Shown here: piece after piece, positions 18,201 to 25,559 of the stretch
Layout of the letters: each line of letters opens with the position of its first letter
How positions within the stretch are numbered: the first letter of the stretch is position 1
Virus record (IMG/VR): IMGVR_UViG_3300020045_007198
Coordinates: 1-26,983 of that record
DNA: 26,983 nt
Strand: one strand, 5' to 3'
From: a virus
Taxonomy: Duplodnaviria; Caudoviricetes
Program-made: the position numbers and the translations under genes
The notes under the pieces: generated by a model
What the model was told of the DNA's origin: nothing
Seen by the model: the letters and a program-made list of their open reading frames with translations, nothing else
Database searches by the model: none

Positions 18201-19737
18201 AACTTTTGCAGATGCTTTATTAAAAGACGCAATAACTGAATTTGATGGAAGTGTATATCAAACAATTAAAACAAAAACAACAAAAAAATCTTTGTTCGGT
18301 AGTTCATCGAAAACTAAATTAAAAACATATTTTACGGGATTAGATGATAGCATAGAGAATCAATTTTCTTTAGTATTAGGAAATCTTTACGATACGGTTT
18401 ATCAAGCTGGAAATGCTTTAGATATTGGTTCAGATTCACTAAACAATAGTTTAAATAACTTTGTAGTCTCGATTGGTAAAATCTCGCTAAAAGATAAAAC
18501 TGGAACTCAAATTCAAGAATTATTAACTTCTATATTTGGAAAAATTGGGGATGACTTAACAACTAGTGTATTTGATATTTACGGACAAGTAGAGCAACAA
18601 GTAGCAATATACAATAAAAAAAAGAAAATTGTAGGATATACAACTGTAACTAGCACTCAAGTTATTGGAAATCAACTAACCCCATTCCAGCAAATTGGAG
18701 AAAGTTTATTCACAACCTTGACAAGAGTTTCAAGTGGTATGGAACAAGCCAACTACTTTACAGATAGATTAGGCACAACATTCCAAAAAGTAAACTTTAC
18801 ATCAATAATTAATAAACAAGGTGATGTAGGATTTGAAGCACTTTACCAAAGTATATTGAAAATTGAAAAAGGTGCAAATTTTAATAATATTTTATCTACT
18901 TTAAGTGGAACAGCAGAAGAATTATATAGTGCATATTTATCATTGGATTTAATGAGAGATAGACTTGCATTTTTAGGTAAAGGATTAGATGGATTATCGA
19001 TTTCATCAATTAGTGGAGCTGGCGGACTTGAACAATTAAATGATGGAATAAGTTCGTTTATAGAAAACTTCTATTCAAGTGCTGAACAACAACAATTAAA
19101 AGTTACTGAACTAAATCAAGAATTAAATAGAACTGGAATTACAACTATTCCGACTACAATCGCTGGATTTAAAGCATTAGTAAATGGAATTGACACTACA
19201 ACAGAGTCAGGACAAAAACTATACGGAAGTTTAATATCTCTAAGTTCATCTTTTTACGATGTTTATAGTTCAGTTGAAGAATCAAGAACATCACTAATTA
19301 GTAGTTTGAAAGACTTTGTATCGTCTATTAAAAGTACAATTCAAACAGATACTACATTTAAAGACTTTAGTTCATCGTTTAATAATATGATAGATGCCAT
19401 TAGATTAGGGAGTGGAGATTTATCTGATATTGGAAATGCAACCATTAACACTGCTCAATCTTATTTAGATACAGTTGCAAGAACTGCGAAAAGTTCAGCA
19501 GAAATTGAATTTGCTAAAAAGATAGTTGCTAACAAGTTTGAAGGTGTAATTAATGCAAAAGACATAACACTTGGAACAATTAACGACACTTTAAAAATTA
19601 GCTTTAACGAAGATAGCGTAATCGTAAAGGCTTTAAACGATGTTAAAAATGAATTAGTTTATTTAAATCAATTAAATACTAGACAAACAGCAAATAGTAA
19701 TAAAACTTTACAGCTTCAAAGAGCTTCAATAGCATAG
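15256..19737 (+). CDS. Tail tape measure protein
   Basis: 1493 aa; tape-measure domain (QFSQAMGSGVLRGEEFNAIAEA.P.L..LA.GLG...GELRKMAENG.LT), long helical coiled coil. Confidence 0.95.
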   Translation: MDNIAQLGIKVDSSSIKQATNELSKLTNQSGKTEKSTNALTSGFLNLKNAVIGYASIQTAKQILDTADNMNLLNARLKLATSSTAEYTSQQTALLNIAKQSYTGISDTITLFTKLNPALKQVGATTEQVNSVVASFTKGLQLGGSSAAEASSAILQFSQAMGSGVLRGEEFNAIAEASPKLMSYLAKGLGVAQGELRKMAENGELTASRVSNALLKVKTDIDRDFATLPVTVGKALTNLKTDLSLAINEIDTATGATQSLANGIVSFSNSIGSMTKDIIEFYKEAKTFISENETAFNIATESAKLLLGTYLAFGATSLVFTKVTESIIAMRVAMVSMTTATPIIGAVSLAIYALSNSFIEGKTRTDNLGKSVDELAKSLGTLELKSRLVEVNKELKEMDTRFKNYSDSQKLMYQGGYDMAYKEKVKLEESIKLIEKKNTTNKDANQTSQINGKIVRNDIELIKLAGSEYEKFNLKLADKLVKMQSIGATEKELNEASLSANKEFNEKQNKELEKGTKKLEETQKARAEIAQIGMSAYDKSISDITAKTIEWVKAGVSKNEVLQAEIKLRNELNSQTILENLQTELSYYEKKLQLQKDSLDKALELRGIQYAQSVLEIENSNKTIEQKQKLIALETELYDETIKRLKADNNTEFQDTLKSFQEDSLARQIELNNAIFDFGAGFKSSNSEIMEVSKALSNLNDSSLKTKKAELDLNTKYTKEFDKYAGDVEKTKELEQQYTKDTALLNKQAINNQILGYANLSGAISGMFQQGSKEAATFQAAQTVLALVEGTRAILTAGTGDPYTAIPRMAAMAIMVKSLLGNIGVALGMSGSNTTTGDTFSMQKANTGTGSVLGDTKKASDSITKSLSTLEDYAKPEFRLSQQMSKSLESIDSKIGGVTSLLLQNSATALGTNYTGGFDTGFKNNISFSDMTLDLINPINSIISKIPIIGDLNNILGGVINSALGGLFGKTSVKRTLKDSGITFADALLKDAITEFDGSVYQTIKTKTTKKSLFGSSSKTKLKTYFTGLDDSIENQFSLVLGNLYDTVYQAGNALDIGSDSLNNSLNNFVVSIGKISLKDKTGTQIQELLTSIFGKIGDDLTTSVFDIYGQVEQQVAIYNKKKKIVGYTTVTSTQVIGNQLTPFQQIGESLFTTLTRVSSGMEQANYFTDRLGTTFQKVNFTSIINKQGDVGFEALYQSILKIEKGANFNNILSTLSGTAEELYSAYLSLDLMRDRLAFLGKGLDGLSISSISGAGGLEQLNDGISSFIENFYSSAEQQQLKVTELNQELNRTGITTIPTTIAGFKALVNGIDTTTESGQKLYGSLISLSSSFYDVYSSVEESRTSLISSLKDFVSSIKSTIQTDTTFKDFSSSFNNMIDAIRLGSGDLSDIGNATINTAQSYLDTVARTAKSSAEIEFAKKIVANKFEGVINAKDITLGTINDTLKISFNEDSVIVKALNDVKNELVYLNQLNTRQTANSNKTLQLQRASIA

Positions 19738-19751
19738 GTTCTACCTATGTT
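19731..19751 (+). terminator. Hairpin at end of tape measure gene, overlapping the next -10 box
   Basis: AGCATAGGT-TCT-ACCTATGTT. Confidence 0.4.
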
Positions 19752-19777
19752 ATAATTAAAATAAAAAGGATTGTATT

Positions 19778-20044
19778 ATGGCTATTGCAACAGATGCATT
19801 CGAGGCACTTGGTGGTTTTCAATGTTTAGCAAATACACCAACTACAACAGCAAGTATACTAGCTCACCCTAAATTCACAACTGCTACTATTACAAAAATT
19901 AAAACAGAAGGTGCAATGTTATCAATAGATGGAACAGTTAAATTTATGACAACATATGATGCTATTTCTAATTTACAAACTGGACATACATATATTTTTG
20001 ATAAGGATACAACTTTAATGGTTGGTAAGTATGTGACTGTATAA
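19778..20044 (+). CDS. Small putative tail tip protein
   Basis: 88 aa, beta-rich, SD AAGGA, directly after the tape measure gene. Confidence 0.65.
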   Translation: MAIATDAFEALGGFQCLANTPTTTASILAHPKFTTATITKIKTEGAMLSIDGTVKFMTTYDAISNLQTGHTYIFDKDTTLMVGKYVTV

Positions 20045-20931
20045 TGGAAATTGTACCTCAATTAATAACATCATATACAAGTTCACAATTAACACCAGAA
20101 TATGCTGATTGGAGCAATGCAACTACTTATATAGTGGGGGATAAAGTTATCTATGGTAATTATATATGGATATGCTCATATGCTGGAAGTTTAAATTTTG
20201 AACCGAAAGAAAGTAGCCCACATTGGACAAAATGTGGAGTTTCTAATTATTGGGGTTTAATTGATTTAAGAAGTAAAACTTTAACAGTTGTAAATTCTGA
20301 TTTTGTAGTTGAATTTGATAAAATAGGAATTGAAACTTTAGTAATTGGATATTTTAGAGGAGTTTCAATATTAGTTGATGTTTTAGACGATTTAGATAAT
20401 GTTGTTTTTACTGAAACTTTTAGTAATCCAAGAAGAGAAGGACTACCATCTTATTTAAACTGGATTCATGCAAGATTTATAGATTATTCAAGTCGTTCTA
20501 AAGTATTTTATTTGCCTTCATTTGGCAGTAAAGTCAAAGTAACTTTTTCCAAAGGTTCATATTCTAATGTTCAAGTTGGTTTTATGGTTGGTGGTAGAAG
20601 TACACAAATGGGTAAAACTATAGAGGGCGTAAAACTCGGAAGAACATCATATACTATTAAAAATACTGATGAATTTGGAATCACTACGATAACATCAAGG
20701 GCTAAAAGAAAATATCACGATTTCGAAACTTCTGTGGATTCTAATGTTGCAATGCAAACATTAAGAATAATTGAAAATTATGAGGATATTGTTATGGCAT
20801 TTATTATTGATAACAATCCAAATTCGGTATATGAAAATATAGTAACATTGGGTGCTTATGAGTCAGTTGAACCTTTGGCTACAAATAATGATAAAACTGT
20901 TCTAAGTTGGACAGTTATAGAAACGATATAA
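20044..20931 (+). CDS. Tail tip protein with N-terminal CBM5/12-like module
   Basis: WSNATTYIVGDKVIYGNYIW...P...W matches the chitin-binding type 3 module pattern; C-terminal DEFG...R..R..F segment. Confidence 0.7.
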   Translation: MEIVPQLITSYTSSQLTPEYADWSNATTYIVGDKVIYGNYIWICSYAGSLNFEPKESSPHWTKCGVSNYWGLIDLRSKTLTVVNSDFVVEFDKIGIETLVIGYFRGVSILVDVLDDLDNVVFTETFSNPRREGLPSYLNWIHARFIDYSSRSKVFYLPSFGSKVKVTFSKGSYSNVQVGFMVGGRSTQMGKTIEGVKLGRTSYTIKNTDEFGITTITSRAKRKYHDFETSVDSNVAMQTLRIIENYEDIVMAFIIDNNPNSVYENIVTLGAYESVEPLATNNDKTVLSWTVIETI

Positions 20932-20960
20932 TAACTAAATAAAATTACAAAGGATAGAAA

Positions 20961-22895
20961 TTGATAACACCAATTACAGCTACATTTCCAGCTTTAAACT
21001 TTCCGAAAGAAGTAGATTATCCAACGCAAGAAGATTGGGCTGCTTTTAGTGCTGCTGCTGAACTTAATTATGGAATTTTAAGTGGAACTTGGTCAGATAA
21101 ATCAGAAGAATTTAAAGCACAAACAAATAACTTAGCTTTAGAGATTCAAGAGATGGGAGAAAATGCCTTTAATGCAATTTCAATAGATAATATTGAAGAT
21201 TTAGAAACATATACTGGAACTGGCTTAGTTATGGTTAAAGACATTAATAGTGGCGGAACTTTTGTATCTAAAACAGCAATAGAAATAGACCCAAATACTG
21301 GAAGTTTATATTCGGTAAACGATGGTACAGTATTTGCAAAATTAGGCGGTGGTTTCTGGGCAAGACAATATACTGGTTCAGTTAATGTCAAATGGTTTGG
21401 GGCTAAGGGTGATGGGATAAACGATGATACTTTAGCTATACAAAAAGCATTAGACCTAGGGCGTGCTGTTGTAGCACCAGCGGGTGTTTTTTTGGTAGAT
21501 AACATTAGTATTCAACAGCACGGCGCAGTTCTAAAAGGACACGGACACGGTAAGACTATCTTTAAAGCTATTGATTCTAAAACATCTGGGGCTATTATAA
21601 GCCTTGCCACAACTTCAAGAGCAGACAGATGTATTTTTTCAGACTTTAGTATTGAGGGTAGGGTTAATGAAAACACAGCAAGTCCTTTAACCTCTATACT
21701 GGGGTTAGAGATAGGCTCTAGTATCTCGATTGTATCTTCAAGAAGCTCATTTGAAAACATATACATAAGCAAATGTCATATAGGATTAAGTATAATATAT
21801 TCTTGGACTAACAGTTTTAGACACATACAAACTGAGCAATGCTTTCTAGGTATGAAACTAAATTCACAAGCGAATAATATCGACTTTACTAAGTATATTG
21901 CTGTTAATTGCAGAAAACATCTCGAGATAAGTAATTGTGAAGGCGTAAGTTTTGAAACACCTCTATTTCAAAATACATCTCTATTGGCTGGAGAAGGCTA
22001 CGCTATCAGTTTATTTCAGTCAAATGTGACTATGAATAACCCCTATTTTGAGGGAACAGCACCTGATGGTTTAGCAATAGTTGGTAACTCAGCAGAAAGT
22101 ATAAATACTCCTAGCTCGCTTATTATTACTGGTGGTGAATTAAATGGGGAAAATGGTAATATTTTAAAACATCAATTTGCTTCAGTTAATGTTACAAACC
22201 TAAGAGAACCAGTGGGTACTGCTGTTGTTATTGGTGGAGAATGTGCCTTTAATACTACATCTACTGAATCAAGGGGAGGTGTTAAGTCTAATAGTAGTTT
22301 AAAAAGACTTACTGCTTCAAATATCGAGCAAAATAAACTCTTATACTCATTGCCTATAGACAATAGTGAGTTTCTAGTAAAAACTGGTGGTGGTGGTGGT
22401 GCGCTAACTACGGCTCCAAATCCTGACAATAGTATGGTGGCAAGTGTAGATGTTGCAAATAGGGGCTTACTTCTGCCATCGCCTGTGCTAGAAATAGGGA
22501 AAATATACACATTGGCATATAGAATTAAAACAACAAGTGAGATAATATTGAGTGTTGGTAAAAATATCATTATTCCAGTAAATGCATCTACATTTGAAAC
22601 ATTGTATGTAACGTTTATGGCAAATGCAGCTGTACAAACGGGGTTAATATTTGCAACAACAACACCCGTGAATATACAACAACTTGACTTATATGAGGGA
22701 TGTGTAATAGGAACAGACAATGGATATCAAGATAGCTTAAAAAAATATGGAAGTGTAGCACCAGCAACTGGAACTTGGAAGCTAAATCAAGTGGTTTACG
22801 CTAAAAGCCCAACTGCCTCTGGTTTTATAGGTTGGGTTTGCACGGTCGCTGGTACACCGGGAACTTGGAAAACATTTGGTGCTATAAGTGCTTAA
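20961..22895 (+). CDS. Tailspike / receptor-binding protein with pectate-lyase-like beta-helix (putative depolymerase)
   Basis: TTG start; VNVKWFGAKGDGINDDTLAIQKALD, P.G.F.V, L.G.G.GKT; C-terminal P..GTW...GWVC...GTPGTWKTFG motif. Confidence 0.85.
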   Translation: MITPITATFPALNFPKEVDYPTQEDWAAFSAAAELNYGILSGTWSDKSEEFKAQTNNLALEIQEMGENAFNAISIDNIEDLETYTGTGLVMVKDINSGGTFVSKTAIEIDPNTGSLYSVNDGTVFAKLGGGFWARQYTGSVNVKWFGAKGDGINDDTLAIQKALDLGRAVVAPAGVFLVDNISIQQHGAVLKGHGHGKTIFKAIDSKTSGAIISLATTSRADRCIFSDFSIEGRVNENTASPLTSILGLEIGSSISIVSSRSSFENIYISKCHIGLSIIYSWTNSFRHIQTEQCFLGMKLNSQANNIDFTKYIAVNCRKHLEISNCEGVSFETPLFQNTSLLAGEGYAISLFQSNVTMNNPYFEGTAPDGLAIVGNSAESINTPSSLIITGGELNGENGNILKHQFASVNVTNLREPVGTAVVIGGECAFNTTSTESRGGVKSNSSLKRLTASNIEQNKLLYSLPIDNSEFLVKTGGGGGALTTAPNPDNSMVASVDVANRGLLLPSPVLEIGKIYTLAYRIKTTSEIILSVGKNIIIPVNASTFETLYVTFMANAAVQTGLIFATTTPVNIQQLDLYEGCVIGTDNGYQDSLKKYGSVAPATGTWKLNQVVYAKSPTASGFIGWVCTVAGTPGTWKTFGAISA

Positions 22896-22913
22896 TTAAA
22901 ATAAAGGAATGTC

Positions 22914-23165
22914 GTGGCAATTAAATTAAATATAGAATTAGAAAACGGAATTAAAGTTGATGGAGCGTACCTTAGGGTAGAGTATCCATCTGTAACAAAA
23001 AATACTTTAACATTTACGGTTAGAAAATACGTAGATGTTGAAAAACCTTTCTTTTCAGAAGAGATGTATATAGTAGATTATGACCTAGATGGTGCAAACC
23101 CATTTATACAAGCTTATACGCATTTAAAAGGTCTTGAATACTTTAAAGATGCTAAGGACTGTTAA
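22914..23165 (+). CDS. Small protein following tailspike (possible assembly chaperone or tip protein)
   Basis: GTG start with AAGGA SD; AY.RVE...QAY.HLK...F.DA.DC. Confidence 0.65.
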   Translation: MAIKLNIELENGIKVDGAYLRVEYPSVTKNTLTFTVRKYVDVEKPFFSEEMYIVDYDLDGANPFIQAYTHLKGLEYFKDAKDC

Positions 23166-23240
23166 ATGACGTATAAAGCAAATACTGCAACAAGTGAAGA
23201 TTGGAATATATCACAATGGGATTTAATTTAAAGGGTTAAA

Positions 23241-23558
23241 ATGGATTATCAATACTTAAAATTAATTGTTTCTTCGCTTCATGTTGTTTTAATAATACTA
23301 AGTGGATATTCAATATATTTATATAATAAAAATGTTGTTTTTGAAAAAACACCCATAAAAGATAAATTTTTATCAATTTTTGATTTAAAAGAGTTAAAGG
23401 AAATAGGTTTTTTTATTTTTATAATTATATTAAATCTATCTTTTCTTTTAAATTTTTATGAAAGAATATCAGTCTATTCATATAAAATATTCTTTATGAG
23501 TATTTGCGTTGGATTATTTGTTATCATAATTAGAAATAAAAAAGTTGGCAAAGAATGA
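23241..23558 (+). CDS. Membrane protein with three hydrophobic segments (lysis-associated?)
   Basis: 105 aa, three hydrophobic stretches, basic C-terminus; ATGA overlap with next gene. Confidence 0.65.
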   Translation: MDYQYLKLIVSSLHVVLIILSGYSIYLYNKNVVFEKTPIKDKFLSIFDLKELKEIGFFIFIIILNLSFLLNFYERISVYSYKIFFMSICVGLFVIIIRNKKVGKE

Positions 23559-23857
23559 ACTATCAACTGGTAATAACAGTATTAAGTCTTGGTGGCTCAG
23601 CATTAATTGCTTTTGTAACAGTCAGAGTAACTCAGAAATTCTATGGAGAAGCATTACTTAAAGCTGAAAAGCATATCGAGAGCCATACTACAGCTATTGC
23701 TAAGCTAGAAGTAGAAGTTGATACGCTTAAAAATAATTATGTTTCAAAAGATGAAGTTAAAGGTTTGCGTTCAGATATACAACACATTGAAGCAAATATT
23801 TCTAAGCTAGATACAAAAATAGATAAACTTATAGAAGTAATGATAAATAAAAAATAA
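23555..23857 (+). CDS. N-terminal TM plus coiled-coil protein (holin-associated or lysis accessory)
   Basis: One TM segment then heptad repeats ending KLDTKIDKLIE; in the lysis cluster. Confidence 0.65.
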   Translation: MNYQLVITVLSLGGSALIAFVTVRVTQKFYGEALLKAEKHIESHTTAIAKLEVEVDTLKNNYVSKDEVKGLRSDIQHIEANISKLDTKIDKLIEVMINKK

Positions 23858-23868
23858 AAAGGATTAAA

Positions 23869-24270
23869 ATGCTACAAATTTTAAATAATATTTTTGGTAG
23901 TGGTGATGTAGTTAAAAAAGGCTTAGACTTAATAGATGAAGCTTGGACGTCAGATGAAGAAAAAGCAGATAATGAAGTAAAAATCATTGAAGCAAAAACA
24001 AATGCAAAAGCCACTCTTTTAAATGCTTATGCACCTTTTAAATTAGCTCAAAGGTACTTAGCTTTGATGTTTACTTTTGTTTATTTATTTATTATGATAA
24101 ATGGAATTTTGGGTTCATTATATGGTTGGGTAAATATGGAAAATGTAAGGGAATCATTGAAATTCGCGAATGAAATGTGGTTGGGGGAAATAATGATAAC
24201 AATCGTTGCGTTTTATTTCGGCGGTGGATTAGTCGAATCTTATAAAAAGAAAGGAATTCAAAATGTATAG
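23869..24270 (+). CDS. Putative holin (GTA/3TM-like family)
   Basis: G.DLID..WTSDEEKA N-terminus, hydrophobic segments, IV.FYFGG motif; overlaps endolysin start. Confidence 0.75.
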   Translation: MLQILNNIFGSGDVVKKGLDLIDEAWTSDEEKADNEVKIIEAKTNAKATLLNAYAPFKLAQRYLALMFTFVYLFIMINGILGSLYGWVNMENVRESLKFANEMWLGEIMITIVAFYFGGGLVESYKKKGIQNV

Positions 24271-24655
24271 TTTTAGCAAAAGAAGTTTAGATAATTTAAA
24301 AAATGTAGATGAAAGATTAATTAGGATTTGCAATGAACTAATTAAAGTGACTGATTTTACAGTCATAGAAGGACACAGAATCCTAGAAAGACAAAAAGAA
24401 CTATATGATAAAGGTTTTAGTAAAATAGATGGAATAAGTAAAAAAGGGAAACATAATTATTTTCCATCTTTAGCTATTGATATTATTCCGTTTAAAAAAG
24501 GTCATAATCCTTTCGATGGTTCAAAAGAATCAGATTTAATGTTTAATGAATTAGCAAAACAATTTAAAGAAATAGCTAAACAATTAAATATAAAAATACA
24601 ATGGGGCGGAAACTGGGTTAGTTTTTCAGATAAGCCACATTTTGAGCTAGTTTAA
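24263..24655 (+). CDS. Endolysin, M15 family L-Ala-D-Glu peptidase (T5 endolysin-like)
   Basis: FSKRS..NL..V, DF.VIEG.R...RQ..LY..G, KH.....AID, WGG.W....DKPHFEL zinc-ligand motifs. Confidence 0.92.
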   Translation: MYSFSKRSLDNLKNVDERLIRICNELIKVTDFTVIEGHRILERQKELYDKGFSKIDGISKKGKHNYFPSLAIDIIPFKKGHNPFDGSKESDLMFNELAKQFKEIAKQLNIKIQWGGNWVSFSDKPHFELV

Positions 24656-24667
24656 TTAAACTAGCTC
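24644..24667. terminator. Perfect 24-bp palindrome at convergent gene junction
   Basis: GAGCTAGTTTAA|TTAAACTAGCTC. Confidence 0.65.
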
Positions 24668-24805
24668 TATCAAATAACTTGGATGATTCGCATAAAAATA
24701 AAATATATATCTTGACTGATATTCTGAGTATTTGTCAAAGTCAATAGTTTTAGACAAATTGCTTTTAATACAAGTTACTTTTACTTTATGTGATATTTTT
24801 ATCAT
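24656..24805 (-). CDS. Small hypothetical protein (49 aa, MIKISHKVKVTCIKS...IELV), not in ORF track
   Basis: AAGGAG SD; ATG immediately follows the stop of ORF 24806-25168. Confidence 0.65.
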   Translation of the reverse strand: MIKISHKVKVTCIKSNLSKTIDFDKYSEYQSRYIFYFYANHPSYLIELV

Positions 24806-25168
24806 TTAAACTCCTTTAATTATAACCGCAACAAGTGCAGTAATTATTGTTACAGCTATTGTTAATCCAATAATCAACTTATTTTCATATCTATTTTTAT
24901 TTTTTATTTCCTCAATACACCAATCATAATAATCATTTTTTTCTTTAGTTATTTCAGCCAACTTTTTAAATGCTAGTTGCTTTTCTTCAACTTCTAAATT
25001 AACTCTATTCTCTAAAACTTGATTTACTCTTTGTTCTGTATCTAAAATATTTAAAAGTCTTGTTATTTCGTTGGTTTTAATTTTTAAAAAATCATTAGCA
25101 ATATTTAGCCTATCTTGTAAGCTATTTTTTTGAGTTCTTAGTTTTAAATAATTGTTTTTAGTTGGCAT
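24806..25168 (-). CDS. Coiled-coil protein with C-terminal TM anchor
   Basis: 120 aa; heptad-rich then LIIGLTIAVTIITALVAVII; SD GAGGG. Confidence 0.75.
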   Translation of the reverse strand: MPTKNNYLKLRTQKNSLQDRLNIANDFLKIKTNEITRLLNILDTEQRVNQVLENRVNLEVEEKQLAFKKLAEITKEKNDYYDWCIEEIKNKNRYENKLIIGLTIAVTIITALVAVIIKGV

Positions 25169-25376
25169 TTAGCCCTCTTAATAATTCTATTGGTTCATCT
25201 TCCCATGTTAGCTTTTTGCCTATTAGTTTTTCTATTGAACCTTTTGGTAATTTAACGTTCATTCTATATGCTTTAATTTTGTGGTTGCACACCCACCAAC
25301 CAATTTCAATATTTCTTTCTGGTTTATGTGAAAAAACAAATTCTTCATTATCATTATCTACTACTACATATGACAT
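25158..25376 (-). CDS. Hypothetical phage protein (72 aa, MSYVVVDNDNEEF...LTWEDEPIEL)
   Basis: Start revised from 25490 to 25376: SD AAGGGG and a promoter at 25408-25436 lie inside the longer ORF. Confidence 0.75.
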   Translation of the reverse strand: MSYVVVDNDNEEFVFSHKPERNIEIGWWVCNHKIKAYRMNVKLPKGSIEKLIGKKLTWEDEPIELLRGLNAN

Positions 25377-25407
25377 TCTAACCCCTTTCAATCTTTTTCT
25401 TATCCCC

Positions 25408-25436
25408 ATAATAAAGCAAAACCAAACTAATGTCAA
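25408..25436 (-). promoter_or_regulatory. Promoter of the leftward accessory operon
   Basis: TTGACA-N17-TATTAT with T/G-rich (TTTGG) spacer. Confidence 0.65.
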
Positions 25437-25524
25437 GTAATCCAACCTAAAAAACAAAATAAATTTTAACAATGTTACTATACTACTCAAAAATAATAAA
25501 TTACAAAATTTGTTAAAATATCAC

Positions 25525-25553
25525 TTTACATTTTAGATTTAATGTATTATAAT
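25525..25553 (+). promoter_or_regulatory. Promoter for the structured RNA / tRNA transcript
   Basis: TTTACA-N17-TATAAT; the first hairpin begins 7 nt downstream at G25560. Confidence 0.65.
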
Positions 25554-25559
25554 TCTCTT

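Noticed and set aside
375-22720. Minus-strand ORFs nested in long + strand genes (375-617, 2361-2627, 4426-4704, 7108-7359, 15558-15770, 16599-16802, 17235-17471, 19864-20061, 21146-21505, 21512-21772, 22172-22720)
   Set aside because: Antisense shadows of better-supported genes, with no SD or promoter noticed and composition typical of reverse-frame artefacts
23643-23708. Embedded Rz1-like o-spanin within ORF 23555-23857
   Set aside because: The alternative-frame ORF (MEKHYLKLKSISRAILQLLLS) stops without a lipobox Cys
23829-25440. ORFs 23829-24014 (-) and 25162-25440 (+)
   Set aside because: Overlap better-supported genes on the opposite strand
25377-25490. N-terminal 38 codons of ORF 25158-25490
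   Set aside because: Contains the promoter and SD for the internal ATG at 25376
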